Part shown: piece after piece, positions 1-9,779 of the stretch
How the letters are laid out: each line of letters opens with the position of its first letter
Position numbering within the stretch: position 1 is the first letter of the stretch
From: Parcubacteria group bacterium
Lineage (GTDB): Bacteria > Patescibacteriota > Minisyncoccia > Phycocordibacterales > WO2-35-19
Direction: 5' to 3'
Assembly: GCA_012514175.1 (NCBI GenBank)
Contig: JAAZAU010000012.1
Coordinates: forward strand, 3,479-67,478
Length of the DNA: 64,000 nucleotides
Notes under the pieces: model-generated
The model's input: only the letters and a program-made list of their open reading frames with translations
Told to the model about the DNA's origin: nothing
The model's database searches: none
Translations under genes and position numbers: made by a program

Positions 1-858
1 TTAAAAGCTACAAAACCAGATGTTATTTTGCTTAGTGGCACATATTATGTGCCTTGGATCATATCTATTGCCGCAAAACAAGAAAAAATACCTATTGTTT
101 TATGGTATTCTGGAGTTTTGTCAAAAGAAGTAGAAAATCAACCTGCCAAGATGAGGAATATATTTTCGGCAATGGAAAAATCTATGATTACCAGAGCAAT
201 TAAAATTATTTTTCCATCCAAAATATGTAAAGATGTGGTAGAAAAAGAGGTGGTCAAACGTAAAATTAAAAATAGTTTTATAATTCCTAATCCCATTTCT
301 AGCTTGTTTACTGAACCGTGCGCTGTTGAATATTCGGTAGAACGTAGAATAGCTGCAGTGGGTCGTTATTCTAAAATAAAAAATTTTGATGTTTTTTTTG
401 AATTACACAAAAATCTTTTGCGCCAAAAGTGGGAACATAGCGCTTGTTTTGTAACTAATTCTAACAATGCTTATATTAAAAAAATTCCAAAAACTATAGA
501 GGTTTTACCACCTATGACTTTTAAAGGTCTGAAAAAATTTTATTTATCACAAGGGTTAATCATTTGTCCATCAATATTTGAAACTTTTGGAAATGTTCCA
601 ATGGAAGCAGTTTGTCTTGGAATTCCGGTTTTAGTAAGCGATAAGATGGGTTGCGCTGAAATATTAAAAAAAGTTGGTTTGTCTAATATGGTTATATCTT
701 TTGATAATATAAAAGAAGTTACTGAACGTGTAAAAGAATTGTGCGGCCAATCAGTTTTACCAAAGCAAATGAATGCTTTAAAAAGAATTTTAGATAGTCG
801 TTTTATAAGTGAAGAAATAAATGCAATACTCATAAGCGTCGCTAAGCAAAAAATATAA
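1..858 (+). CDS. Glycosyltransferase family 4 (GT-B), 5'-truncated by the window edge
   Basis: Frame is open from base 1 (LKATKPDVILLSG...); C-terminal GT4 signature PSIFETFGNVPMEAVCLGIPVLVS. Confidence 0.85.
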   Translation, partial: LKATKPDVILLSGTYYVPWIISIAAKQEKIPIVLWYSGVLSKEVENQPAKMRNIFSAMEKSMITRAIKIIFPSKICKDVVEKEVVKRKIKNSFIIPNPISSLFTEPCAVEYSVERRIAAVGRYSKIKNFDVFFELHKNLLRQKWEHSACFVTNSNNAYIKKIPKTIEVLPPMTFKGLKKFYLSQGLIICPSIFETFGNVPMEAVCLGIPVLVSDKMGCAEILKKVGLSNMVISFDNIKEVTERVKELCGQSVLPKQMNALKRILDSRFISEEINAILISVAKQKI

Positions 859-900
859 TATAAAATAAAAACATCTCACACGAGATGTTTTTATTTTATA
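859..900. terminator. Bidirectional intrinsic terminator between convergent GT4 gene and rpsA
   Basis: Perfect 19-bp inverted repeat tataaaataaaaacatctc-acac-gagatgtttttattttata. Confidence 0.8.
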
Positions 901-917
901 AAAGCTGTTTTTGAATT

Positions 918-2024
918 TTATTTTTCTTCCATAAAACTCAAAGCCATCTTTTGTTCTTTTGGATCAAAGATATTTATTTTGAAATTATAAACTTTGCCAA
1001 GTTCTAATTTTTCGCGCAATTTATCTTCAGTGCCAAATTCAGATACGTGAACCAACCCAGCCACACCTTCTTCAATAGAGGCTAAGGCGCCATGTTTGTT
1101 AAATTTAATAATAACGCCAGAAACCATATCATCTTTCTTGTATTTTTTAGCAGCTTCAGTCCAAGGATTTTCTTTCATAGCTTTGATAGAAAGAGAGATT
1201 TTGTCGTCTTTTATTTCTATAACTTTAACTTTTATATTGTCGCCAACTTTAGCAAATTTACGAGGATCATCAACCAAACCCCAATCAATTTCAGAAATGT
1301 GAACCAAACCTTCAAGACCATCTTCAATTTTAACAAAAATACCGAAATCTACGATACCAGTAACTTCACCTGAAAGTTCATCGCCAAGACTATATTTATC
1401 AACAATTTTTTCTTTCTTGCTGTTTTCTGGGTCTTTTTCTGAGAAAATAAGTTTACCCTCTTTGGCGTTAGTAGCAATAATAGCCACTGAAAGTTTTTGT
1501 CCAACAAGTTTTCTAAGTTCTTCTAATATTTTGTCTTTATCGCCATCAGCTATTCTTGGGTAGTGTTCAGTTTTGAGTTGAGAAGCTGGCAAGAAGCCAG
1601 TGATACCTTGCCAAACCAGCATAAGCCCACCTCGGTTCGCTTCTTTAACCGGCAGTTCAAAAACTTTTTTATCTCTGATAGCTTCTTCAGCTTCACTCCA
1701 AATAAGAGCTTGTTTGGCTTCTTTAAGAGAAATTTCAATGTAACCTTCTTTGTTACTACTACCAGTAATTTTACCGGTGATATTATCTCCTATGTTTATC
1801 TTTTTTATAATATCGCGAGCATTGATGTATTCTCTACCGAAAATAACACCAGTACCCCAGGGTGGCAAATCAACAAAGACCGAATTTCGACCAAAAGCAA
1901 TAACAGTGCCTTCAATTATAGAATCTTTAGCGGGTGGTAAAACCAAATTATCCATAAGTTTAGACATTTGGTTTTCTTTCACAATTTCCTTTTCACTGGA
2001 AACAACTTCTTCTTTTTTAACCAT
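918..2024 (-). CDS. rpsA: 30S ribosomal protein S1 (short form, about four S1 domains)
   Basis: Repeated S1 motifs: GFLPASQL, FGIFVKIEDGLEGLVHISEI, GVAGLVHVSE. Confidence 0.9.
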   Translation of the reverse strand: MVKKEEVVSSEKEIVKENQMSKLMDNLVLPPAKDSIIEGTVIAFGRNSVFVDLPPWGTGVIFGREYINARDIIKKINIGDNITGKITGSSNKEGYIEISLKEAKQALIWSEAEEAIRDKKVFELPVKEANRGGLMLVWQGITGFLPASQLKTEHYPRIADGDKDKILEELRKLVGQKLSVAIIATNAKEGKLIFSEKDPENSKKEKIVDKYSLGDELSGEVTGIVDFGIFVKIEDGLEGLVHISEIDWGLVDDPRKFAKVGDNIKVKVIEIKDDKISLSIKAMKENPWTEAAKKYKKDDMVSGVIIKFNKHGALASIEEGVAGLVHVSEFGTEDKLREKLELGKVYNFKINIFDPKEQKMALSFMEEK

Positions 2025-2265
2025 ACAAATAACAAAAAAACCATGAGTTTTTCTACTTTTCTCTAGCCATTTTGCAGTTAGTAGAAGGTTAGACTCCTGG
2101 AACTTCTTTTAATGAAAATTATATTAGCACCTTGATTTTTGTAGGTCAAGGGTGTAAACTCATAGATGTAAGTGTTAAGTCTCTTTGTTTGTTTTGCGGC
2201 TTTAAAAATCGCGAACAGCAAGTGAATCACTTGGTCGTTTAATCGCAATAATTTAAAGCACGTAA

Positions 2266-2541
2266 ATGAAAAAGCTTTTCGTAGGCAATTTACCTTACAA
2301 AACTACCGATACCGAATTGAAAGAAATGTTCTCTCAAAACGGTGAAGTCGCTGAAGCTGTCATCATTATGGACAGAGAAAGAGGTGTTTCAAAAGGTTTT
2401 GGTTTTGTAACTATGACAAATGACGCCGAAGCTGATGCTGCTATCAATGCTTGGAATGGTAAAGAAGTTGATGGTAGAGCTCTCACCGTAAATGAAGCTC
2501 GTCCTCAAGAAGCACGTCCTCGCAGAGATAACTTTCAGTAA
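2266..2541 (+). CDS. RRM-domain RNA-binding protein
   Basis: RNP2 LFVGNL, RNP1 KGFGFVTM, followed by GRALTVNEARP. Confidence 0.95.
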   Translation: MKKLFVGNLPYKTTDTELKEMFSQNGEVAEAVIIMDRERGVSKGFGFVTMTNDAEADAAINAWNGKEVDGRALTVNEARPQEARPRRDNFQ

Positions 2542-2565
2542 AAAATAATTTTCTGTGAAAGTTTT

Positions 2566-2593
2566 GAAAAACCACCCGCTCGGGTGGTTTTTC
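2566..2593 (+). terminator. Intrinsic terminator after the RRM gene
   Basis: gaaaaaccacccg-ct-cgggtggtttttc hairpin. Confidence 0.75.
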
Positions 2594-2610
2594 TGTTATT
2601 ATTTAAATAA

Positions 2611-3069
2611 ATGAAAAAAAATCTAATCACTCTAATCGTTGTAAGTGTTGTTGCTTTGCTAATTTTGTTATTTAGTCTTGTTTTTTCTAATAGAAACGAA
2701 AAAGTTGCTATTTTAAAGATAAACAACACTCAAATAAATATAGAGGTAGCCGACAATGATCTTAAAAGAGAAAAAGGTCTTTCAGGAAGAGTTGAAATTG
2801 CTAAGGATGAGGGGATGTTGTTTGTTTTTGAAAGAGAAGATTATTATGGGTTTTGGATGAAAGATATGAATTTTCCAATAGATATTGCTTGGTTAGATAA
2901 AAATAAAAAGATTGTGCATATTGAAAACAGCGTCTCTCCGGAAACGTATTCAAAAAAAATACCACCAAAAGTTTTTAAACCAAACTCTCCAAGTTTGTAT
3001 GTTTTAGAAACTCAAGCTAATTTTTTTAAAAATCACAACATCAACATCGGAGATTTTGTAGAGTTTTGA
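2611..3069 (+). CDS. DUF192-family membrane-anchored protein
   Basis: N-terminal TM; motifs EVAD...REKGLSGR, GMLFVF, FWMKDMNFPIDIAWLD, YVLE. Confidence 0.9.
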   Translation: MKKNLITLIVVSVVALLILLFSLVFSNRNEKVAILKINNTQINIEVADNDLKREKGLSGRVEIAKDEGMLFVFEREDYYGFWMKDMNFPIDIAWLDKNKKIVHIENSVSPETYSKKIPPKVFKPNSPSLYVLETQANFFKNHNINIGDFVEF

Positions 3070-3162
3070 AAAGCCTCTTAGAAAGACCTTTAATAGTCAG
3101 TCTTTAATTTCGTTTTTGGTTTACACTTTTGCTTTTGTATTTCACGATGATTTTTTTATACC

Positions 3163-3171
3163 TTATCCACA
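3163..3171 (+). promoter_or_regulatory. Perfect DnaA box upstream of the ribonucleotide reductase gene
   Basis: TTATCCACA in the intergenic region, near a TATAAAAT -10-like element. Confidence 0.55.
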
Positions 3172-3262
3172 GTTTTTTTAACTCAAAAAGTTATAAAATG
3201 AAGAGGCGAAATTTTTAAATTTTTGCAAAAAATTACAAGATTTTAAGTTTTTTTATAAAAAT

Positions 3263-5572
3263 ATGCCTGAAAAAATCAAAAAAAAGCCAAAAAAGTATGC
3301 AATGGAGGATTTTATTAAAAAAGTTCAAAAGCGAGATGGTTCAATTGTTAAATTTGATTTTGAAAGGATTGTCATAGCGATAACCAAAGCTATGAAAGCT
3401 GCAGATGAAGGCTCTGAAGGTGAGGCTAGATTAGTCGGTCACAAAGTGCTTGGTGAATTAGTTAGAATTTCTAAAAAATTTAAAAATTTTGTGCCTACAG
3501 TTGAAGGCATTCAAGACATCGTAGAAAAAGAGTTGATGGCTTCCGAGTATCCCAACACCGCGAAAGCTTTTATTCTTTACCGAGCCGAAAGAACTAAAAT
3601 GCGCGAACAAATTAATCTTATACCTCAAGATGTTAGAGAAAAGATTAAAGAAAGCAGTAAGTATTTCAAAAGTTCATACCAAGAATTTATTTTTTATCAA
3701 TTTTATTCTAGATGGGTAGATGAGTTGGGTCGTAGAGAAACTTGGGTTGAGTCTATAGACAGATTTATGGATTTTATGAAAGAAAATATGGGCAACAAGC
3801 TTACTGCAACCGAATATTCCGAAGTGCGAAAAGCTATTTTAGACCAAGAGATTTGTCCCTCTATGCGATTACTTTGGTCTGCTGGTAAAGCAGCTAGGAA
3901 AACTAATGTCTGTGCTTATAACTGCGCTTATATAGCTCCAGTTTCGTGGCGCGATCTTTCGGAGATAATGTATATATCAATGTGTGGCGCAGGTTGTGGT
4001 TTTTCAGTTGAACCAGAAAATGTTGGTAAGTTTCCTCAAATTCAAAAACAAACTGGAAAAATGGCTCCAAAAATAATCGTTGAAGACAGTAAGGTTGGTT
4101 GGTGTAAAGCTTTTGTTGCCGCTTGTGAAGCTTGGGAAAATGGTAAAGATGTTGAAATAGATTATTCCTTGGTTAGACCAGCGGGTGCCAAATTGCAGAC
4201 TATGGGTGGCCGAGCTTCTGGTCCTGAGCCACTTAAAGAATTAATGTCTTTTACAAAAAGAAAAATATTATCCAAACAAGGCCGAAGATTGTCTTGTCTT
4301 GATTTACACGACATTATTTGCCAAATCGGTTTGATAGTGGTTGCGGGCGGTGTTAGACGTAGCGCCCTTATTTCGCTTTCTTCACTTGATGACATAGAAA
4401 TGCGTGATGCAAAAAAAGGTGCTTTTTGGCAAACAGAAGGGCAACGTTCAATGGCTAATAATTCAGCAGTTTATGAGACCAAGCCTTCAGCTGAAGAGTT
4501 TTTAGAAGAATGGACAGCTCTCGTTACTTCTCATTCTGGTGAACGTGGCATTTTCAATCGTGGTGGTCTTGCTACTCAAATGCCTAAAAGACGCTGGGAA
4601 GTAGTAAAAAACGCTAAACAGCTCGGTATGAATCCTTGTGGCGAAATTTATCTACAATCTAAACAGTTTTGCAATTTAACATCTATTGTAGTGCGCCCCA
4701 AGGACAATATGGAAGACTTAAAACGCAAAATGAGATTGGCTACTCTAGTTGGTAGTTATCAAGCCACTCTTACTGATTTTGAATATCTTTCAAAAGAATG
4801 GAAAGAAAATTCTGAAAAAGAACAACTCTTAGGTGTTTCTATCACTGGCTATTATGATAATAAATTGGTGCGTGATGAAAAAAATTTAAGAGATTTACGC
4901 GAGGAAGGTGTCAAGACTAACAAAAAATATGCCAAAAGATTTGGAGTTAACGAATCCACCTCTATTACTTGTGTTAAACCTCATGGCAATTCTGGTCAAT
5001 TATTAGGTGTGGGTTCTGGTATGCACACTTGGTACGCTAAATATTACGTTCGTAGAGTGCGTATTTCGGTTACTGACCCTCTTTTAAAATTAGCTAAAGA
5101 TCAAGGTGTGCCTGTTCATCCAGAAATTGGTTACTCTACTTCAAATGCCACTACTATGGTTCTTGAATTCCCGTGCAAAGCTCCAGAAGGCGCAATCGTC
5201 AACAAAGATGTAAACGCTTTAGAGATGTTAGAGGAATGGAAAAAACTCAAAATTAATTTCACCGAACATAATCCTTCCGTAACGATCTATGTTGGCGATG
5301 ATGAATGGATCGCTGTCGCTAATTTTATTTATAAAAACTGGGACATAATTGGTGGACTTTCGTTCTTGCCACGTGACAACCATGTTTATAAACTGGCTCC
5401 TTATGAAGAAATTACGAAGGAGGAATACGAAACTCGTCTGAAAGCCCTCGGACAACTTGATTTTTCTAGACTACTTATTTATGAAAAAAGCGACCAAACC
5501 ATTGGAGCCAAAGAACTTGCTTGCGCTGGCGGTACTTGTGAAATCAGTGATTTTGTCAAAGTAGAAGCATAA
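3263..5572 (+). CDS. nrdJ: Class II (adenosylcobalamin-dependent) ribonucleoside-triphosphate reductase with N-terminal ATP cone
   Basis: ATP cone VQKRDG...FDFERI; RRETWVE, YNCAY, GGVRRSALI, NPCGEI, CNL and C-terminal CAGGTC pair; no NrdB nearby. Confidence 0.88.
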   Translation: MPEKIKKKPKKYAMEDFIKKVQKRDGSIVKFDFERIVIAITKAMKAADEGSEGEARLVGHKVLGELVRISKKFKNFVPTVEGIQDIVEKELMASEYPNTAKAFILYRAERTKMREQINLIPQDVREKIKESSKYFKSSYQEFIFYQFYSRWVDELGRRETWVESIDRFMDFMKENMGNKLTATEYSEVRKAILDQEICPSMRLLWSAGKAARKTNVCAYNCAYIAPVSWRDLSEIMYISMCGAGCGFSVEPENVGKFPQIQKQTGKMAPKIIVEDSKVGWCKAFVAACEAWENGKDVEIDYSLVRPAGAKLQTMGGRASGPEPLKELMSFTKRKILSKQGRRLSCLDLHDIICQIGLIVVAGGVRRSALISLSSLDDIEMRDAKKGAFWQTEGQRSMANNSAVYETKPSAEEFLEEWTALVTSHSGERGIFNRGGLATQMPKRRWEVVKNAKQLGMNPCGEIYLQSKQFCNLTSIVVRPKDNMEDLKRKMRLATLVGSYQATLTDFEYLSKEWKENSEKEQLLGVSITGYYDNKLVRDEKNLRDLREEGVKTNKKYAKRFGVNESTSITCVKPHGNSGQLLGVGSGMHTWYAKYYVRRVRISVTDPLLKLAKDQGVPVHPEIGYSTSNATTMVLEFPCKAPEGAIVNKDVNALEMLEEWKKLKINFTEHNPSVTIYVGDDEWIAVANFIYKNWDIIGGLSFLPRDNHVYKLAPYEEITKEEYETRLKALGQLDFSRLLIYEKSDQTIGAKELACAGGTCEISDFVKVEA

Positions 5573-5596
5573 AAAGTAGAATAATACTCAAGATAA

Positions 5597-5623
5597 GAAC
5601 TCGTTTGAAAGAACGAGTTTTTT
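5597..5623 (+). terminator. Intrinsic terminator after nrdJ
   Basis: aactcgtt-tgaaag-aacgagtt followed by a T run. Confidence 0.65.
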
Positions 5624-5695
5624 GTCCACTAATTTTTTATCAAATGAGAGATTTATTTGTTATAATTTATATTTAATAGGTTAAATTATAAAATA

Positions 5696-6730
5696 ATGCA
5701 CGAGAAAAAAATTCGCATCGCAATAAATGGCGCTGGAAGAATAGGTAGAGCGTTTATAAGACTGGCTTTTAATAATCCCAATATAGAATTTGTCGCTATA
5801 AATGATTTGGGTGATATAGAAAACATTGCTTATCTTATGAGATATGACACCGCTTATGGTGTAGCCCCTTTTGAAGTAAAAGCAAAAGAAGATCAGACCG
5901 CAATTATTGTAAACGGTAAAGAAATTAGGTTTTTAAATGAAAAAGATCCTGCCTTATTACCTTGGCAAGATTTGAATGTGGATATAGTTATTGAAGCCAC
6001 TGGCGTTTTCACTGCATACGAAAAAGCAAGAGACCACATTACCGCTGGAGCAAAAAGAGTAGTTATTACTGCTCCAGCCAAAGGCGAACCAAAAGATGAA
6101 ACAGAAGTGATGGTTCTTATGGGTATCAACGATGAAAAATTAGAAAAAAGCGTCATAAGTTCAAATGCTTCTTGCACGACCAATGCCATTTCTCCAGTTA
6201 TTCAGATACTGAATGAAAAAATTGGTATTGAAAAAGCAATACTTAATACCACTCACGCTTATACAGCCAGCCAAGCAATTGTTGATGGTCCAAACAAAAA
6301 AGATTGGAAAGAGGGCAGAGCTGGAGCTCAAAACATTATTCCAACTTCAACTGGTGCCGCTAAAGCTCTCACAAAAATAATAACTGATTTAGAAGGTAAA
6401 TTTGACGGGCTTTCAATGCGAGTGCCGGTAGTTGCTGGTTCTATTGCTGATGTAACTTTTATCAGTAAAAGAGAAACAACTGTAGAAGAAGTAAATAAAG
6501 TCTTAAAGGAAGCAACTAGGGAACCTAGGTGGCAAGGTATTTATACTGTAGCTGAAGATTTAATTGTTTCTAGTGATATTATTGGTTCACTTTTTGGTTC
6601 AATTGCTGACTTAGGACTTACTAAAGTTATTGATGGCAACTTAGTAAAAGTTTGCGCCTGGTATGATAACGAAATAGGATACACCAACACCCTTATTAAA
6701 CACGTGCTTACGATAGGTAAATATTTGTAA
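5696..6730 (+). CDS. gap: Type I glyceraldehyde-3-phosphate dehydrogenase
   Basis: INGAGRIGR Rossmann motif, SNASCTTN active site, AWYDNE. Confidence 0.97.
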   Translation: MHEKKIRIAINGAGRIGRAFIRLAFNNPNIEFVAINDLGDIENIAYLMRYDTAYGVAPFEVKAKEDQTAIIVNGKEIRFLNEKDPALLPWQDLNVDIVIEATGVFTAYEKARDHITAGAKRVVITAPAKGEPKDETEVMVLMGINDEKLEKSVISSNASCTTNAISPVIQILNEKIGIEKAILNTTHAYTASQAIVDGPNKKDWKEGRAGAQNIIPTSTGAAKALTKIITDLEGKFDGLSMRVPVVAGSIADVTFISKRETTVEEVNKVLKEATREPRWQGIYTVAEDLIVSSDIIGSLFGSIADLGLTKVIDGNLVKVCAWYDNEIGYTNTLIKHVLTIGKYL

Positions 6731-6775
6731 TTAATTTGTATTTAGACGAAATTTACAATAACAACTAAAAATTTT

Positions 6776-7219
6776 ATGAAAATATATTTTGCAACAGATC
6801 ATGCTGGATTTGAAATGAAAAACAAACTTTTAGAGTTTGTGAAAGAGCTCGGTTTTGAAGTGGAAGATTGTGGTGCTTATGAATTTAATCCGGATGATGA
6901 TTATCCTGAATTTGTAAAAAAAGCTGCACAAGCAGTGTCAGAGGCTCCAGAATCGTCAAGGGCGATAGTTTTAGGTGGTAGTGGTCAAGGGGAGGGTATA
7001 GTGGTCAACAAGTTCTTAAATGTGCGCTCAACGGTTTATTATGGTGGCAACCTAGAGATTGTTAAATTATCTCGTGAACACAACGATGCTAACGTGCTTT
7101 CTCTTGGGGCTAGATTTTTATCTTTAAATGAAGCGAAAGAAGCAATTAAGTTGTGGCTTGAAACCCAATTTTCTAAAGAAGAAAGACACAGAAGAAGAGT
7201 TGCTAAGATTGAAAACTGA
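6776..7219 (+). CDS. rpiB: Ribose-5-phosphate isomerase B
   Basis: DHAGF, DDYP, GGSGQG, SREHNDANVLSLGAR. Confidence 0.95.
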   Translation: MKIYFATDHAGFEMKNKLLEFVKELGFEVEDCGAYEFNPDDDYPEFVKKAAQAVSEAPESSRAIVLGGSGQGEGIVVNKFLNVRSTVYYGGNLEIVKLSREHNDANVLSLGARFLSLNEAKEAIKLWLETQFSKEERHRRRVAKIEN

Positions 7220-7246
7220 TATGGTGTAAAAATTAACAAAATAAAT

Positions 7247-7918
7247 ATGATCGAAATTATTCCAGCCATCATACCTCAAGATTTGGATGAAATTCGAAAA
7301 AAATTCGGCAGAGTTTTGGGTTTAGCAAAAAAAGTTCAGGTAGATATTTTAGATGGTCAATATGCACCAGTAAAAAGTTGGCCTTTCATTGAAAAAAATT
7401 CTGACGATCTTTTTAAAATGGCTAAAGGCGAATTAAAGTTTCCATTTATTGATGAGTTTTTGGTGCAAATTGATTTGATGGTGTTGCATCCGGTTGAATA
7501 TTTAAATGATTTTATTTCCTTAGGCGCTAAAAGTTTTGTTATTCATATAGACTCAACTAATCATATTCGCGAGTGTTTAAGTATGATTAAGGGTTTAGAT
7601 TGTAAAGTTGGTCTTGGTATCAAACCTTCTGTTGATACAGCTCTTTTAGAACCGTTTATGGAACAAATAGATTTTGTACAATTTATGGGTAATGATAAAA
7701 TTGGATACAATGGCGTTGAACTTGATAATTCTGTCATAAACAAAATAAAATATTTTCATCATAAAAATAGAGAGATGCCTATTCAGATTGATATAGGTGT
7801 CAGCGAAGAAACAATTCCAATTTTGAAAAGTATTGGTGTTACTTCTTTCATTTCTTGTTCAGCGATTTTTAATTCTCTAGACCCAGAAGAGTCTTTTAAA
7901 AAAATGCAAAACTTATGA
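7247..7918 (+). CDS. rpe: Ribulose-phosphate 3-epimerase (divergent)
   Basis: IIPAI, QVDILDG, DLMV, IDIGVS motifs; lies between rpiB and tkt. Confidence 0.8.
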   Translation: MIEIIPAIIPQDLDEIRKKFGRVLGLAKKVQVDILDGQYAPVKSWPFIEKNSDDLFKMAKGELKFPFIDEFLVQIDLMVLHPVEYLNDFISLGAKSFVIHIDSTNHIRECLSMIKGLDCKVGLGIKPSVDTALLEPFMEQIDFVQFMGNDKIGYNGVELDNSVINKIKYFHHKNREMPIQIDIGVSEETIPILKSIGVTSFISCSAIFNSLDPEESFKKMQNL

Positions 7919-8760
7919 TGTGGCCTACTGAAGAAAAAATAAAATGGTTGGAAGAAAAAGCAAGAGACATTAGAGTCTCGGTTATTGAAATGCTTGAAGA
8001 AGCCGGAAGTGGACACAGCGCGGGAGCTTTAGGAATGGCAGATATTTTTACAGCACTTTATTTCCACATTTTAAAACACGATCCAACCAATCCGACGTGG
8101 TCAGACAGAGACAGATTAGTTCTCTCAAACGGTCATATTTGTCCTGTTTATTACGCGACGCTTGCTCATGCGGGTTATTTTAAATTAGAAGAATTAAAAA
8201 CTTTGAGAAAATTTGGTTCGCGTTTGCAAGGTCATCCAGAAAGAAAATTTTTGCCTTTTGTTGAGACTACATCAGGCCCGCTCGGTTCTGGTCTTTCACA
8301 AGCTATTGGTATGTGTCTTGCTGATACCATTGACAACAGCAAATCTTCAGGTAAACAATTCTACGCACTTTTAAGCGATGGCGAACTCAATGAGGGTAAC
8401 ACTTGGGAGGCAGTAATGCTTGGCGCTAAAGAAAAATTACAAAATCTTACAGTAATTATAGACAGAAATTGTATTCAATTGGAGGGTTATACTGAAGACA
8501 TAATGCCTCTTGAGCCACTCAAGCAAAAATGGGAAGCCTTTAATTGGCAAGTTCAAATTATAGATGGTCATAGTTTTAATGAAATTATCAAAGCGGTGAG
8601 TGAAGCGCATGCGGTTTTCAACAAGCCGAGTGTTATTATTGCAAACACCATACCCGGTAAAGGCGTTTCTTTTATGGAACGCGATTGGCGTTGGCACGGT
8701 AAAGCGCCGAATGAAAAAGAAGCGCAACAAGCTCTAAACGAATTACAGAATACGAATTAA
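7915..8760 (+). CDS. tkt: Transketolase, N-terminal (TPP-binding) subunit
   Basis: GSGH, DRLVLSNGH, LQGHP, SDGELNEG, GKGVSFME, WHGKAP. Confidence 0.95.
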   Translation: MMWPTEEKIKWLEEKARDIRVSVIEMLEEAGSGHSAGALGMADIFTALYFHILKHDPTNPTWSDRDRLVLSNGHICPVYYATLAHAGYFKLEELKTLRKFGSRLQGHPERKFLPFVETTSGPLGSGLSQAIGMCLADTIDNSKSSGKQFYALLSDGELNEGNTWEAVMLGAKEKLQNLTVIIDRNCIQLEGYTEDIMPLEPLKQKWEAFNWQVQIIDGHSFNEIIKAVSEAHAVFNKPSVIIANTIPGKGVSFMERDWRWHGKAPNEKEAQQALNELQNTN

Positions 8761-8765
8761 AAAAT

Positions 8766-9767
8766 ATGTTAAACCAATCATTAAAGCTCAATAATAAAAT
8801 TTTTGATCCAGAGGTTGAAAAAATATCTACTCGCCAAGGTTTTGGTGAAGGTTTAGTTTTAGCCGCTGATCAGGATAAAAATGTGGTAGGGCTCTGCGCA
8901 GATTTGAACAGTTCAACTCAAATGAGTCTCTTTGCGAAAAAATATCCAGAAAGGTTTGTGCAAATAGGTGTAGCTGAACAAAATTTGGTAACAGTAGCAA
9001 GTGGAATGTCCGCCATGGGCAAAATTCCTTTTGCCGCTTCTTATGCTGTTTTTAGCCCGGGACGCAATTGGGAACAAATAAGAACCACTATTGCACTTAA
9101 TGATAGGCCTGTAAAAATAGTTGGTAGTCATACAGGAGTTTCGGTGGGAGCAGATGGTGCAACTCACCAAGCTCTAGAAGATATCGCACTTATGAGAGTT
9201 TTACCAAACGTCATTTTAATTTCTCCTTGTGACAGCATTGAAGCAAAAAAAGCTACTATAGAAGCAGCAAAAATAGATAAACCAGTTTACATTCGTTTAA
9301 CGAGAGAAAGTACGCCTGTCATTGCAACTGAAGACACACCTTTTGAAATTGGTAAAGCTCAAATCTTTTTTGCCCCACCAATGACGCCTCAAGTTGGTAT
9401 TGTTGCAACTGGACCTTTAATTTACGAAGCAATATTAGTTGCTCAAAAATTAGCAGAAAAAGGTATTTCAGCAAAAGTGATGAATATCAGCAGTATTAGA
9501 CCACTTGATTTTACAGCTATTATAAATTTAGCCAAAGAAGCAGGCTCTATAGTTAGTGTGGAAGACCACCAAGTAGTTGGAGGTCTAGGCTCTGCAATTG
9601 CAGAAGTTTTGGTGCAAAATTATCCAGTACCAATGGAACTTATAGGTGTCCACGACAAATTTGGTCAATCTGGAACACCAAAAGAACTTAAAGAATATTA
9701 TGGAATGGGTGTTTCTGACATTGAAAAAGCTGTAGAAAAAGTTTTAGCCAGAAAAATTACTCAATAA
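8766..9767 (+). CDS. tkt: Transketolase, C-terminal subunit
   Basis: GVAEQNLV, DGATHQALED, VEDHQVVGGLGSA, FGQSG. Confidence 0.95.
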   Translation: MLNQSLKLNNKIFDPEVEKISTRQGFGEGLVLAADQDKNVVGLCADLNSSTQMSLFAKKYPERFVQIGVAEQNLVTVASGMSAMGKIPFAASYAVFSPGRNWEQIRTTIALNDRPVKIVGSHTGVSVGADGATHQALEDIALMRVLPNVILISPCDSIEAKKATIEAAKIDKPVYIRLTRESTPVIATEDTPFEIGKAQIFFAPPMTPQVGIVATGPLIYEAILVAQKLAEKGISAKVMNISSIRPLDFTAIINLAKEAGSIVSVEDHQVVGGLGSAIAEVLVQNYPVPMELIGVHDKFGQSGTPKELKEYYGMGVSDIEKAVEKVLARKITQ

Positions 9768-9779
9768 AATTTTCTCAAA

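Noticed and set aside
3070-3262. Cobalamin riboswitch upstream of nrdJ
   Set aside because: The region is very AT-rich, with no B12 box or GGGAA core.
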